The notes beneath the pieces were generated by a model. The model saw nothing but the letters and a program-made list of their open reading frames with translations. It was not told the DNA's origin and made no database searches. A stretch of DNA of 49,510 nucleotides, filler included, from Stramenopiles sp. TOSAG23-2 (Eukaryota): assembly GCA_900128395.1 (NCBI GenBank). It is 2 parts of 2 records of this genome, joined end to end, with 100 filler letters (N's around TTAATTAATTAA, not from the genome) between each part and the next. Parts side by side here need not be neighbours in the genome. Positions count along the whole stretch, not along the records: positions 24,909 to 49,510 come from LT649461.1; 1 more part is not named here. One strand, 5' to 3'. Made by a program: the position numbers and the translations under genes. Below are positions 33,317-46,273 of the stretch, in pieces (position 1 is the first letter of the stretch; the number at the start of each line of letters is the position of its first letter).

Positions 33317-34757
33317 TCATTGTTGCAACGTATGATTTAACCATACTGTTCCTAGATCTTTACAATTTGATATCCCTTTTGATTGAAAACAATTTAATAT
33401 ATCATCATATTTATCAATACCTGTTAAATCTTGAACATTATAATAAATTATTTCAACACGATTCTCTCTTGTATCGACAAATGGGATACCAAAATTACCA
33501 CAGCCTTCCATCCCTTGTCCAGCAACCATAAAACCTTTATCTTTTTCCGTAACTTTATTGCAATGTGTATGCCCCATTACATATTTTAATGAATTTATTT
33601 CATCTAATTGTTGGCATCCATCCATGCCTTTAATTTCATTATACACATCAGGAACATCCATTTGATTACTACATCCAAGACCGGCATTGTTCCAATGCTG
33701 AAAGAAATAAATCATTTTATATAATAATATTTTGTTAGTTCATGTTTATTCATATTACACCGTGTGTGTATATATATATATATGGAAAAGCAATACTTAC
33801 ACCAACAATAAACGCAACAGCTGGTTTTGATTGTTTGAAATATTCACAGCCTTCTTGGAAATACTTTTTTGTATCTTGGTATGTATATCCTCCACTATAT
33901 AATAAGAAGCCCGCATTGCCAATTTTAAAATAACTGAAAAAATTTTCAATAGATGCCATGCGATGTCCGGAGGATTGTTTATCTGGATTTACAGAAAAAT
34001 TTAAAAACTGGACATTATTGTTTTTCGATGCAATAGAATCCATTCCATAAAATTGCATATGGCCATTTCCAAATTGGTCACTCTCTGATGCTAAAATTGG
34101 TGTACCAACAGACCAATAATCATGATTTCCTGCCACTGTTGCAAATAATTTGGATTTTAATTCCAAATTTATTTGATCGTACCATGTCGTTGATAAATTA
34201 CCATATCTATCATAAAAATTATCACCTAGAATCATCCAATAATCTATATCTTTTGCTCCTGCATTTAATAATGCTGTACTGCGTTCAAACGTTTGGAATT
34301 TACCACCAAATGTACATCCCATGAATGCACCATGAAAACACGGATCAGCAATTATTATACCACGTACACCAGTATTTTCAATTGGGTAGTTTATTGTCAC
34401 GTTGGTCCCATTAATAGTGACAGTTTTTTTTGAATTTTTATTATTTGAGCTAATAATATTTTCATATTTTGAATGCAAGAATTTATCTTTCCAACGATAT
34501 TGAAATGGTTTATTGTATGTAAAAAAATCCGCATCTTCATTTATTAATGGATTCGTAGCATTTGTTATAACTGAAATTCTTGCAGAACCGTATCCTTTTG
34601 ATCCAAGCCCAGGTGTAACCCTTAAATCAATCGGAGATGCTGGATTACTCCTAGTAGTTCCTCTTTTTCGAATAACTTCATCCACCAAAGAAAGTGCTTT
34701 CAAATGTGGAATACTTATTAAAAAAACAAGAAGAAAGGCTACTATGAAAACCTTCAT
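33317..34757 (-). CDS. Secreted calcineurin-like metallophosphoesterase (purple acid phosphatase-like); exon 34757-33801, intron 33800-33698, exon 33697-33317
   Basis: Signal peptide MKVFIVAFLLVFLISIPHLKA; motifs IIADP, GDNFYD, GNHD, G|HW (across a GTAAGT...ACTAAC...TTTCAG intron) and GHTH. Confidence 0.9.
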
Positions 34758-35139
34758 GGTATGGTATCGTGGTGTTTGATTTAAAGTAATCATCGTTATA
34801 AATATTATTTAAATAAATACGAAACAATATGCATTTGTTGAGTTGTACATTATCTGCTATATATATATAATACATTAACATTTGTATTTTAGGAAGGTTC
34901 GTTTGATGCAAATTGTATAGTAATATTGAATTAGAGCTTATTATTATTATATATTACATCTTATTTGATGCACGCACGAGGCGGGGGTAAAAATATAGTA
35001 ATTTGTACTTGTTAAAATACATAGTTTAAGATTTCCATAGTATATATAAATTTTTTGTTTTTATGAATATAAAGCCACAAACACACACACACACACACGC
35101 CGGCATGCTACATCATATATACTGTATATATCTGTTTTA

Positions 35140-38086
35140 TCATCGTCTAGTACTAGCACCTAATCCTAATCCACCCTTTGTTATTTCACTTTCATATTCT
35201 GCTAATTTATTATATGTTTGCGGTGGTAATTTATGCTTCAACCATGCAGTAAATGACATAATTGCTTCCGCTTTTGCGCCTATATTTTTAATTTCTTCAT
35301 TATATGATTCTGGATTTTGAAAATTATTATTATTCCTATTGTAATCGTTGCGTCCGCCGATGATCATATTGCCATTTGCCACAGCTTTCTTTTGCAACTG
35401 AAGCAAGCACAACATATAATCTTCCAAAACTTTATGGAAATTTTTTACAATTGGCTCCCCAAGCTCATTAAATCTTGCACGTTTAGCTTGTCGTTCATAT
35501 TCACTATCATTCGTAGGTAATAAATCAACCTTTTTTTGTTGGATTAATTCTAATGCTTTTGCATAATCTTTTTGCTCATGCACCAATACAAAAAATTGAT
35601 CCAATTGCAGCAATATATAAAGTGTATCGCGTTCTTTATCGGATACATTACGTGCCTTACCATTCCTAATCATACCTGCAAGATCACGTGCGCGTTTCAA
35701 AGTGTTCGGTTGACGATTATTATCGAAGCCTCCATCAGATGGAACGATAGCTTGGCTTAGCTGTAAATTTACTAAATGCAATACACGATCAAATAATCTT
35801 GCTCTCCAATACAAATCAATTGCCCTTTCCAAATTATTTTTTTTCTCCGCGTTGCGCGCTGCAAGGCGTATAATTTCCTGCACTTCTGCATCGTCTTGTA
35901 TAACTTTACTTAAATATCCTGTACTACTTTGATCTTTTGCACCAAGCAATTGGTCGAGTTGTTTCTCATGCGCGTTGAAAAATAATTTAGTTAAAAACAT
36001 ATTGCGTTCTATTTGACCTGCATTTCCACTACTATCGCCCGATTTGCGCAATACGCATAGATAATCTGTTGCAACAGTGATATCAGCACCAGCGATACGT
36101 TCAATGTAATCATTTACCATTTGACCGAGGGCAAAATTACCTTCATCATCGATACAAACACCAGGATTAATTCGTTTATTACGGGGTGTTTGGCTGTTGA
36201 TGCTGTTGCCAATGGAAGAGTCGTTGCCAAAGCCGCCCCTGCGCCTTGGTTGATTTTGTATTCCTTGCTCCCCACTACGTTTTAAAACACCATAGTGGTC
36301 TAGCGCAATTGCAAAATGTACGGCATCGTCAGGTCGGCCAGCATTTACAGCTAAATACGTCAATGCTCTTTCAAATTGCAAGCAGTATAACAACAATGTA
36401 AAGTAGTGAAAGGGACGATTATTATCACTTGTGAAATAATCTGGTCCATATACTTTCATAATCACATCAGATAAATTTTCCATGGTGAAATTATCAAAGC
36501 TATCGTTCCTACTAAAATTTCCTTTCATTTTACCAGAGGTGACCACTATCGATAATTGATGCCACATGAAATCTTCAATATTCTCGGAAACTGCAAGACC
36601 TTCTAATTGATGCACAATATGCTGCGATCCTTCACCTGCTCTCCCTTCACCGACCATTTGAGCTAACAACGTTAAAACTGCACTTTTATAGCTTGCATTG
36701 GGGGATGTATTCTTATTTTTAAACGTTGTTTTTACGTAAGCTTTCCAATCTGTGGATGTTTGCATATTATTGTTGCTGCCCGCAAAACAGCTTCTCCATG
36801 CTTCCAAGCCACTAACTATATGTTCTGGTTCATTTGCAATATTTGTGCCACTCCAATCATAATTATTTGATCTACTAATAACTTGTTTAAATACATTAAT
36901 TGCATCATCGTATGCACCACAACGTAAGCAATGATATGCAACAGCCCATGGATTTCTATCTTCACCTTCATAATCAGTACCCTGTAAGTATTTTCTAACT
37001 AAACCAATCGATTCTGAATGATTAGTGTTGTATGAAGATCCCCCAGCGCCAGTACACTCTTCCATCGTACGTTTCCATTGGTTTTGTAAATATTGAATCC
37101 CACCATTTACAAAATTCATTTGATATGCCTTTTGTTGTGATGGATCGCGTGATAAACGTTGTTGTCTGTATTGAGATTGGGCAGGGCCATTGTACTGGTG
37201 TTGATCTACTTGGTGTTGATCTTCTCCGATCATCGTACGTAGTAGATCCCAGCTAATCTCGCGTTGCGCGCCGTCCAAGTCATTTTCGAACGCAGATGCA
37301 CCTTTAAAATGAGTTAGCAATGGACAAAGAACAGCACGTCCAGGACGTCTTTTTTCATTTAAATCTTTAATACATTGATGATAATTTACTTGTAAATTAC
37401 TTAAACGTACATGCCCACCAAAATATAAAGTGCCTTGCCCTTGTTGTTGCTGCTGCTGTCGCATGATAGAGCCAGGAGTGCCACTGGTGTTGACAAATCT
37501 TTGCGGAGAATTAGGATTACTATTTTCCAATTGGTGTATCCTTGAAAAACTTAAATCCTGTAGACTATTATTAGTAGTATGATTATGATGTTGTTGTTGA
37601 TAACCACTGTTAGCTAACATCATATCTTGTCCACCTCGTTGTCCAACAGAGGATAAAATTTCTTGTTGTGCACGTCTCCAATCGTTTTCTAATTGATGAC
37701 TAACACGCCGCTCAAATTCAACTGCCGTGGTTTCCATGCAATCATGCAATGCATGCAATATAATTTCATCATGATATAATTTTAAATGACTATCAATATC
37801 AGTATCTTCCACATATGTATTTAAAGGAACAGGATTCGCTTGTAAGTCCAATAACTGAATTGCTTTACGATGCCCTTCGGTATCAATGGAACGCTGTGAT
37901 AGTAAACGTAACGCTTTCGTATCCGAAATAGGGCCGACATTATTATCCACAAATTGCTTCGCTGCAATTTCTATTTGCGTTAAATTACGATCTAATAGTT
38001 CAGATTCTTGTGTTTCTTCTGGATCTAATAATTCATTTGTTTTATTTGCTAACTCTTGTAACTGTGCTGAAGTTGGTCGATAACTC

Positions 38087-38088
<2 letters not shown>
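35140..38088 (-). CDS. NUP93: Nuclear pore complex protein Nup93/Nic96, 982 aa
   Basis: LDRNLTQIE; DTDIDSHL...W; PWAVAYHCLRCG; IEDFMWHQL; YGPDYF; LQFERALTYL; DAVHFAIALDHYGVL match the Nic96 family pattern. Confidence 0.93.
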
Positions 38089-38119
<31 letters not shown>

Positions 38120-38470
38120 GAACGTATGTGATATATAGGGTATGTATATATATATGATATGGGATAATGAATGGTATATATTTATATATATTGTTATATC
38201 TGATATGTTGTGTATATCAATCTATTGTATGTAGACGAGACGACTGTCTATATCTATAAATATATATTGAATGTTTTATTTCAATTCATTTTAATTTAAG
38301 AAGAGCAAAGAAGAAAGAAGAAATTCAAATTATTAATCGTAATAGCATATACACAGCATTAAGTTATAACACATGCTATTGCCATACTAAATCACCAACC
38401 CCGGTGAAAATTTCGAGATCTGATGGTGGTGGACAAAGGACAATATATACATATTTTTACTTTTTTTGTT

Positions 38471-39797
38471 TTACGATATCACGCACTTTTTATCATCTCC
38501 ACCACCACGCACAACACTCTTTGTTGCCCTTAATTTCCATTTCGCATTTTCAAGATGCTTTTTATTGCTTTTAGTGATCTCATCTAATTTACGTTCTTCA
38601 ACCACCCCATTTCCGTCTCTTTTCTCATCAATTTTACACTGCCAGAAATCATCCAAAATTTGCTCTTTTTCTTTTTCCACGAGTGCCTCTTCCCCTTTAT
38701 CGTTTGTTTCTTCAGTTTCTACCTCTTCCTTTAATACAATTTCAACATTGCCTTTGTCCCAATAATGTGACCATGAAGGAAAACCAGGAGGGGTCCGTTC
38801 AATCTTTATTTTTTCCGGCTGTTTTCTATTTTCAATTAATTTCATAATTTTTAATGCTGTTTTTGGGGTGAAACTGGAGACATAATACTCCAACGTTTCC
38901 CACTTGTCTAACATTTGTGGGAAATTTATCAAATTCCATTTTTTCCAGCAATAACATAGAGACAAGTCTTCCAATATTTGTATACATGAAGGTTTCTTTT
39001 CCTACACTCAAGCCTCGTTTTCTTATTTGAAATAGAATTAAATTGACCACTTGCTCATACCCTTTTTTCCCAGTTTCATTTAAAATTTTCCAATATTGAC
39101 GATCTAAGCATTTATGTTTTGTTTTAATTAATCCAAATAAATGCTGTTGTTTTTTACCTAATTCTGAAATATTTGCCCAATTTAATTGTAAATCTTCAAC
39201 GTTTGAATTGTCTTTTAAACCAAGCTGAATTTTTTTGACCGTTTCGTCTGATATGTCTTTGAATTTAACCCCAGAAAAATTTAACACTTTAATCAATTTT
39301 GTATTTTGTTTAAGAATCTCAAATACAACTTTGTGATAGTTGCGCATAGCTGCAATATCAATAAGTGTTTCATATTCGCGCTGTATTGATGGGTGTTTCG
39401 TGTCACACAGTTGCAAAAATAAATTTTGTTTTGTTTTTTGACCTCCCTCTTCAACAATTCGATCCCATTGTAGACTCAATGTTGATATATGCGTGTTTAC
39501 TTTAATTGATTTCGCGATTGCTGCAACAGTAGTTGCAAGTATTTTCAGTTGTATCCAATATTGTTTTTCATCATTTTGATCATGTTCATTTATGTTTTTA
39601 CCACGGAATGTATCCCAACGTTTTTTTATAATACGCAAAGGTTCTACAATAAACATAAACATGTCAATAATTGGTACTATTAACAATGTTAGAATTTTTC
39701 CGCAGCAACTTACTTTTCGAACTCTTATGCTTAACGCTTCATCTGGTATATCATCTTACATACATGTGTTTTTCTGTATTTTTAGGCGGAGTTTCAT
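38471..39797 (-). pseudogene. Disrupted gene: TM segment followed by RNI-like LRR segments, with a frameshift at ~38971 and an upstream in-frame stop
   Basis: LRR-like IKVLNFSGVKF and SNVEDLQLNWANI. The next repeat TNI-EDLSLCYC is restored by removing one G at 38971-38972. Upstream frame reads MKLRLKIQKNTCM*DDIPDEALSIR...CCGKILTLLIVP. Confidence 0.55.
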
Positions 39798-40213
39798 TTT
39801 AACTTATGAATACAATATTCTTCCTGCTGCTGTGCTGCTGTGATTACTTTTACTTTACTGTACACTACTGATTAATATGCCTATAAGTGTGCACAAAAAA
39901 CATCTTTTGTGAACTGTGAACTGGAGGGCTGATGCTATTCCCCTACTAAATTCCTTAATGATAGTGAGGAGGAAAAACTCTCCTCGAAGAAAAAGTGCAA
40001 AAAAAAAAAAGAACAAAATAAATAAACAAACTTATAAAAAAAGGGAACAACTGTAAATATACACATTAACATATAATTATTAGATAAAATAAATGATGGA
40101 CACATTCGATGGAAAACAAAAATATGATATAAAATATAAAAAACATATACATTAGTAGTAATATTTTTATTATTGTAGAGAGAAAAAGAAGATTAAAATA
40201 TTTTTTTGATTAA

Positions 40214-41017
40214 GAATGTTGGGATTGTTTTTATCAACTTGTAGTAGATACCAACGCATCTTTCATTACGGAAACTGTGGGGCGTTATGATGGTAAATAT
40301 GTCAATAAGAAGGATGAATGGGGTGGTAGATACAGGAATACTGCAATTAGTGGTGGATGGAAGAACGATAGCAATACTGATACAAATATTACCTCAAAGA
40401 AAAATACGACTGAAATATTATTAAAATTGAACAAAAAGCGAAAAATGTTTAACAGCATTGTAAAAAATGACACTTTTAATATATTGAAAGAATGGGCAAA
40501 GGGAAGTATGAAGGATCAGCCTCATTTATGGGCAAATAATGGTTCGCTATGGAAAAATTTCTCAAAGAGTCTTATGAGCAACAGGTCAAATACCATTAGC
40601 AATGTATCTCATATGAAAAATGCTTCAATTAATAATAAGAATAACAATAATAATACGAATATGAATATAATGCGCTTTAAACGAATGGAAAAAAATCAAC
40701 AAATATCTGGTGTAATCACAGAAATACGTGACGATTTTGATAATAAAAATATTGTTGCAGAAATACGAGATAGCGATGACTACAATCGGTATCAACGCAG
40801 TAATAATGATCAATTAAGATCAAACCAAAATGGGTTTAAACCTAGTCGTCGACATAATCGTAACCATCATCCAATTGAATCGATATATTTAGAATTGCAA
40901 AAAGATTCAAATAAACGATATCATGAGATAAAAAAGGCATTGAAAAAGGCAGAAAAAAGATTTGAACGAATGAAGAAAATACATTTGCAAAATCGAAAAC
41001 TTCGGGGTGGTAAATAG
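40214..41017 (+). CDS. Hypothetical protein; probable 3' exon or fragment (frame opens ECWDCFYQLVVDTNASF...)
   Basis: Frame is open about 20 codons upstream of the tracked GTG start; Asn-rich, ends LRGGK. No start codon or upstream exon identified. Confidence 0.45.
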   Translation, partial: ECWDCFYQLVVDTNASFITETVGRYDGKYVNKKDEWGGRYRNTAISGGWKNDSNTDTNITSKKNTTEILLKLNKKRKMFNSIVKNDTFNILKEWAKGSMKDQPHLWANNGSLWKNFSKSLMSNRSNTISNVSHMKNASINNKNNNNNTNMNIMRFKRMEKNQQISGVITEIRDDFDNKNIVAEIRDSDDYNRYQRSNNDQLRSNQNGFKPSRRHNRNHHPIESIYLELQKDSNKRYHEIKKALKKAEKRFERMKKIHLQNRKLRGGK

Positions 41018-41345
41018 AATATTTTGGTAAAAATTTACGAAGTGTTTTTAAATATTAAATATTTAATATAAATATTACGCATATAATTTATACGAAGTTT
41101 ATGTAAAATTATTATATATAACTCTTAGATTTTAACCATATATAATATATATAATATACGGAATATATATTAAAAATATCTAGTAAAACACGTATCATAA
41201 TAATATGTAAATATCATATACCTGTACAGTGTTTATTATATAAAAATATAATATCCCCCTTCCTAAATGATGTCCATTTGTCCATCAAACTTTAATATTT
41301 TATTTAAAAAATAAAAAATATATATGCATAGACGATTTTACCATT

Positions 41346-42595
41346 TTACCATCCATCACAAATTTCCCAACTATCCATAACTGCTTGTTCTTCAATTTTA
41401 CGATCATTATCATCCGTCTCAATAATATGAATTTTTCTGTGCTGATGTGTAGATGCACAACTGTGATGAGGTAGTATTTCCAGTATCATACCGATTGGAA
41501 AATTATCAAAATTAATTGGTGATCCATCACTTGTTTCTACTTCGCCAGCTTCTTGCTTTAAAACTTTTATACATAATTTGTGTTTTTCAGTACCTGCAAT
41601 ACGCCCATAATGATTGCTTTCCCCTTGTGCGCTGCAACCTGTCCATCCACAATCTATTAGCAACATATTTTGTTTCGGGTATTTCCCAATTACTCTAGTC
41701 AGTACACGGACAGCAATATCATCCAATGTACATGATCCTAAATCTGCTTGCATGCAATCGTAGTATATAAAATTTCCAGGATGTATTGCATCTATCTCAT
41801 TTAGATGCGATGGCATTATACTGCAAGTTGGAGTGCTTCCAACGGTTATCATTACATCAGACATGCCAATACCAATACCAAAATGAGATCGTATTTTATT
41901 TGCAAAATTGACAACAGCATCCCTTTCGATTTCAGCAATTGCTTTTATTTCATTCTTTGATTTCCCTCCATAAGAGTGTCCACCCTTTGGATGGAGCGTA
42001 GTGAAGTGTGTTAGAGGGGATATCTTTTTAAGGGTTAAGAAATTATACTTACGTGCGTATAGATTCCTCCAAAAATCATTTTGTCTTTGCCGGCATTGTA
42101 TAATGCAGCTATTAGTTCCAAACTGTCTGGATCTTTTGGATCTATTCCATCTCTGTGGTATCCACAATCTACCATGACCCAAACATGCCATGGTTTAATA
42201 TGATTTGGATGGGAAAAATTAATTAAGGCACTTATCATTTCCATTGAATCTACCAAAATCGAAAATTTATCCATTTTGTTATTTAGCTTCATTGCATCCA
42301 TAAATTTATCAGGGGTAATTGGAACAGCATATAAAATATCATCGAATCCACCATTGCAAAAGAAATTCACTTCTGCCAATGTTGAACAGACAATACCATT
42401 TCTACGACCTCCTGTTTGTATCATTGCGCCTTGGATCGTTTTGTGTGTTTTTACATGAGGTGTCAGCTTTACATTGAATTTGTCTGCCTGTTTTAACATT
42501 TGATATGCATTGTTTTTAATTTTATTTAAATACCCAATTAAACACGGTGTTCTTAATTCGGATATTGATTTTGCTGTGGACGATAATGAAGCCAT
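41346..42595 (-). CDS. D-serine dehydratase / D-threonine aldolase-like fold-type III PLP enzyme (Dsd1 family), 393 aa; exon 42595-42053, intron 42052-41985, exon 41984-41346
   Basis: LRTP, PHVKTHKT (PLP lysine), STLAE, DDILYAVP, VDCGYHRDG, YTH|GGHSY (in-frame across a 68-nt GTAAGT...CTAAC...AAG intron), VGSTPT, HPGNFIYYD, QEAG, PHHSC (Zn ligands). Confidence 0.93.
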
Positions 42596-42628
42596 GATAA
42601 TGTGGTTTATATTTTCAATTGTACAATA

Positions 42629-42669
<41 letters not shown>

Positions 42670-42986
42670 TACGTATATTAGCTTCTTATATTTATTGGCA
42701 ACAACATACGCGGGTAATTTCTTCAAGGAGTAATCATACATGTGGTCTATTATAATACATGCTGTACCTGGTATGTATATTTTTAATAAAAGAAGAGGGT
42801 TTTTTTTTTTTAAGGTTAGCTAGCCCAGCTAGCCCGGCTAGCCAGGAGTGCATGACTGTGTGTGATGATGAGGAGAGATGAGAATTGCACAACAATTCAA
42901 TCAATGAAAGATTATAATATATTTATCATATTGGTTCAAGAAGATAGTATATAAGTATATAACAAAGAAATCATCAATTGTTAAGC

Positions 42987-43319
42987 ATGGCAATACCGAA
43001 ACCGAAAGCACCAAGATTAACTGATCCAACAGAAACATCCGTCAATGTTGCATGGGAAAAAGTGGATGGTGCGACTGGGTATATTGTATTAGTAAAAGAA
43101 GTACCAGAAGAATGGAATGAAGCAAAACGACATGAATTTAATAGTGATATCAATAGTTCAGAAATTGATGGTTTATCACCGACCTGTACATTTCAAATAA
43201 AGTTAATAGTTAAAACGGCGGAGGGGGATAGCGAGCCTAGCGATGAATCTGTAGTAGATACGCTAGTAGCAAATTGTGGACCCGATCAAGATAAAAAAAA
43301 ATGTTGTATTGTATCATAA
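42987..43319 (+). CDS. Single fibronectin type III domain protein with C-terminal CaaX box, 110 aa
   Basis: PKAPRL...TETSVNVAWEKVDGATGYIV...IDGLSPTCTFQIKL...GDSEPS; ends KKKCCIVS. Confidence 0.88.
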   Translation: MAIPKPKAPRLTDPTETSVNVAWEKVDGATGYIVLVKEVPEEWNEAKRHEFNSDINSSEIDGLSPTCTFQIKLIVKTAEGDSEPSDESVVDTLVANCGPDQDKKKCCIVS

Positions 43320-43577
43320 CATTGAAAAATAAAATACCAACACATTTTTTTTATTTATAAAGTTTATATGTCATATATAATATTTTTATAAAAATATAAA
43401 AATTAATATACTTCTTGTCCTACTACTATATTATCGAAAAAATATAGGCACATATTATATGCACATAATACTTTTATTATTTTAAATATTTTTATATTAA
43501 TAAATACTCGCAAACGACTTCGTACTCATCTATTATATACAATCTCTAGCATCTACTCTGAACGTACCTAATGATAG

Positions 43578-45758
43578 CTAACTTTTGCCAGCTGGTGAAT
43601 AGGACATTTGCTGTAATTGTGAATATCGTCTTTCCCATTGTTTCTGTTTACGATCTGTTGATTTATATCCAGCTAAATTACCTTTTAATTTACCAATCTT
43701 TTTATTTGGTGCAATTGGTGTATATCGATCGGCTTGTTCAATAGCTTTTAATACTGCGAGATCATCTGGATGATATTCTTCATCGTCATTTTCCATATTT
43801 TTACTTGGGGTGAAACTTAAACCTCCCAGATCTTCGCCACTTAAACCAGATCCAGATTGTAAAAATGGAGAAGCTGTACTATTTATATTATTCATATTGC
43901 CACTAGGGGTAGATTTCAATATACTACGAGGTCGATCATTTTTGGTACTACGCGGTGTACCACTACGTGGCGTTGAACCAACACCTTTTAAATTTTGTAA
44001 ACGATTTTTCAATGATTTTGCTTGAGCATTTGAAGCAATACCATGCTTCAACGGTGTCTTTGTATTCGCTTTTACTTTATCATTAAGAATATTATTTATA
44101 TCATTGTTCCTCTTTTTACTTCTTGGTGGCGAATGATCATATGTTAAAATACCAGTTTTACGAAAAAATAAATTATGATTATTGTCATCATCATCATCAT
44201 TATCGTTATCGCTCCCAATTTCAAGACGCTTTTCATTGCTATTTGATGGAGATATTTCTTTAATTTTACCTGGAGTTAATTGTATCTTAAACGGTTTCTT
44301 GCTTGTAGAATGGTGATTTGTTGGACTACTATTATTCCCACCATTGTTATAAACATTGTCTCGTACAACAATGCCTACTCCTTTTTCTAACATATTGTTA
44401 TTATTTTTATTATAACTACTACCTATTATTGATGTCGGATTATTTGGCGTTGTTCTATTATTACGATTACCATTTGTTGTTGTTGTTGGAGACAACTTAA
44501 ATTTAAAATTATTATTAAGATAGATTGACTTTTCATTATTGCTATTGCTATTATTGTTGTTATGATCACTACTTGTTGGCGATGGAATTATATCCTCATT
44601 GTTTCTACTATTTTTAAATCGATTAGTATGATTGTTAGAATTACTTAAATTACTATTGCCAGCACCGCCACCACCACTTTGGAATCTTCTTCTTCTTCGG
44701 ATAGAATCCATACCAGAGGAACGTGAAGAGGCTAAAGATTTGGAAAATGAAATATTCAGACTATTATTGTTTGTGTAAAATTGTTGCTTTTTATTCATAA
44801 TGATGCTATTATTGCTATTATTATTGATCATACCGTTACCACTAATATTATTAACGGTACTTTCTTGCATTGTCATCAGCGGCGATGGAAGTATATTTTC
44901 AGCATTTTCAAGTGAATTATCAATAATCCTACTAATACTTTTATTGTTGCTATTATTAATAGCAGTATTGATTTGAAGTTTATTATTATTATTATTAATC
45001 ATATTGGTATTTGTTGTTGAGGATGTTAATTGTTGTCTTAGAGCTTGATGCCTATTTCTACCTAAATATGCCGAAGCAGCTGCTGTTGCAGCAGCTGTAG
45101 CCACCGTTGTGTATGCCTCTTTATCTACAATTTTTAATTGTGTATTATATGGCGATGCTTGTAAAGCTGCTTCAGCAGCAGCAGCAGCAACAAGGGCAAT
45201 AGTTTCTGTTGGCGATAAAGACGTATTTCGATGCATATTATTATTAGTAGTATTATTATTATTATTTGATGGTGTAGTTAAAGGTATCATCCTATTGTTA
45301 TTGGTATTATTTATACTATTTAAATTCGTTGTTGTCCAATTGTTTACATTAGGTGGGCTAGATGTGATCGTATTAAAATTCACTGCTTGTTGTTGGTGGT
45401 GTAAATTATTCATCGCTTCGTCCGCAAATGATACCAATTGATTCATTGTCGGTGGATTCTTTCCTTGTAACAATATAGGATTTGAAAAAGGTTCAATATA
45501 TGATTCTCGTACTTTACGTAAACCTAATCTAATTTCTTCACGTTGCGCGATTTCTTTTTCATAATCTTTCCATTGCATAGTACCTTCCTTTGATATGTTA
45601 ATTAAGTTTTGGTTATAGCTTGCTGTCCCTTCCGCCGTCCTGATACCATACTTTCCTCTGCTAATAAGACCATGATTTATATTTGTATTTTGTATTGTTG
45701 GTTTTAATTTTATTTTATCATATAGTGATGTTTCCTTTGTTGATGAGGATGATGACAT
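43578..45758 (-). CDS. Low-complexity Asn/Ser-rich hypothetical protein, 726 aa
   Basis: Long ATG-initiated ORF with the poly-Asn style of neighbouring genes; no recognisable domain. Confidence 0.75.
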   Translation of the reverse strand: MSSSSSTKETSLYDKIKLKPTIQNTNINHGLISRGKYGIRTAEGTASYNQNLINISKEGTMQWKDYEKEIAQREEIRLGLRKVRESYIEPFSNPILLQGKNPPTMNQLVSFADEAMNNLHHQQQAVNFNTITSSPPNVNNWTTTNLNSINNTNNNRMIPLTTPSNNNNNTTNNNMHRNTSLSPTETIALVAAAAAEAALQASPYNTQLKIVDKEAYTTVATAAATAAASAYLGRNRHQALRQQLTSSTTNTNMINNNNNKLQINTAINNSNNKSISRIIDNSLENAENILPSPLMTMQESTVNNISGNGMINNNSNNSIIMNKKQQFYTNNNSLNISFSKSLASSRSSGMDSIRRRRRFQSGGGGAGNSNLSNSNNHTNRFKNSRNNEDIIPSPTSSDHNNNNSNSNNEKSIYLNNNFKFKLSPTTTTNGNRNNRTTPNNPTSIIGSSYNKNNNNMLEKGVGIVVRDNVYNNGGNNSSPTNHHSTSKKPFKIQLTPGKIKEISPSNSNEKRLEIGSDNDNDDDDDNNHNLFFRKTGILTYDHSPPRSKKRNNDINNILNDKVKANTKTPLKHGIASNAQAKSLKNRLQNLKGVGSTPRSGTPRSTKNDRPRSILKSTPSGNMNNINSTASPFLQSGSGLSGEDLGGLSFTPSKNMENDDEEYHPDDLAVLKAIEQADRYTPIAPNKKIGKLKGNLAGYKSTDRKQKQWERRYSQLQQMSYSPAGKS

Positions 45759-46273
45759 TATGTATCTATGGGTTTTCCTCTTTCTTTTTCCTTTCGTTAT
45801 CTACTTTGGATGAATTTTTTAATCTACACGTATGTGATGAAACATGTTATATACAGCAGTAAAATATATATATATATATATATATAAATATACAGTTTAA
45901 TACAATTATCGTGCACACTGCTTTTGCACCACTTCTTTCTTTTTTCAAATTAAATAAAAAATAAAATTGATGATGATGAATTAGAATATCGTATTTTTTT
46001 ATTAGAAGGCAGAAAGGTGCAATAATAGTAAGTTACAAACGCCGTGGAAGGCGAGGACCCCTGCCCCAACATCAGCACAACGAAAATAATGGTTTAAGGA
46101 GTGTGTTTCGCTAAGTAATTTCGGTTCTATGCGCCTACTAATATGCTTCCAGGCTATGTACCTACTAATGTGTTGGCCACTCCAATGTCTAGTTAATATG
46201 AGATATGAGAATAAAATAGAAGGAGATAGAAAATAGAAAGCAATACCAACAAATATAGTATATTAAATAATTC

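Noticed and set aside
42596-42670. N-terminal extension MYIYIYIY... of the Dsd1-like ORF
   Set aside because: Translates a (TA)n microsatellite; ATG 42595 matches the family start (just before LRTP).
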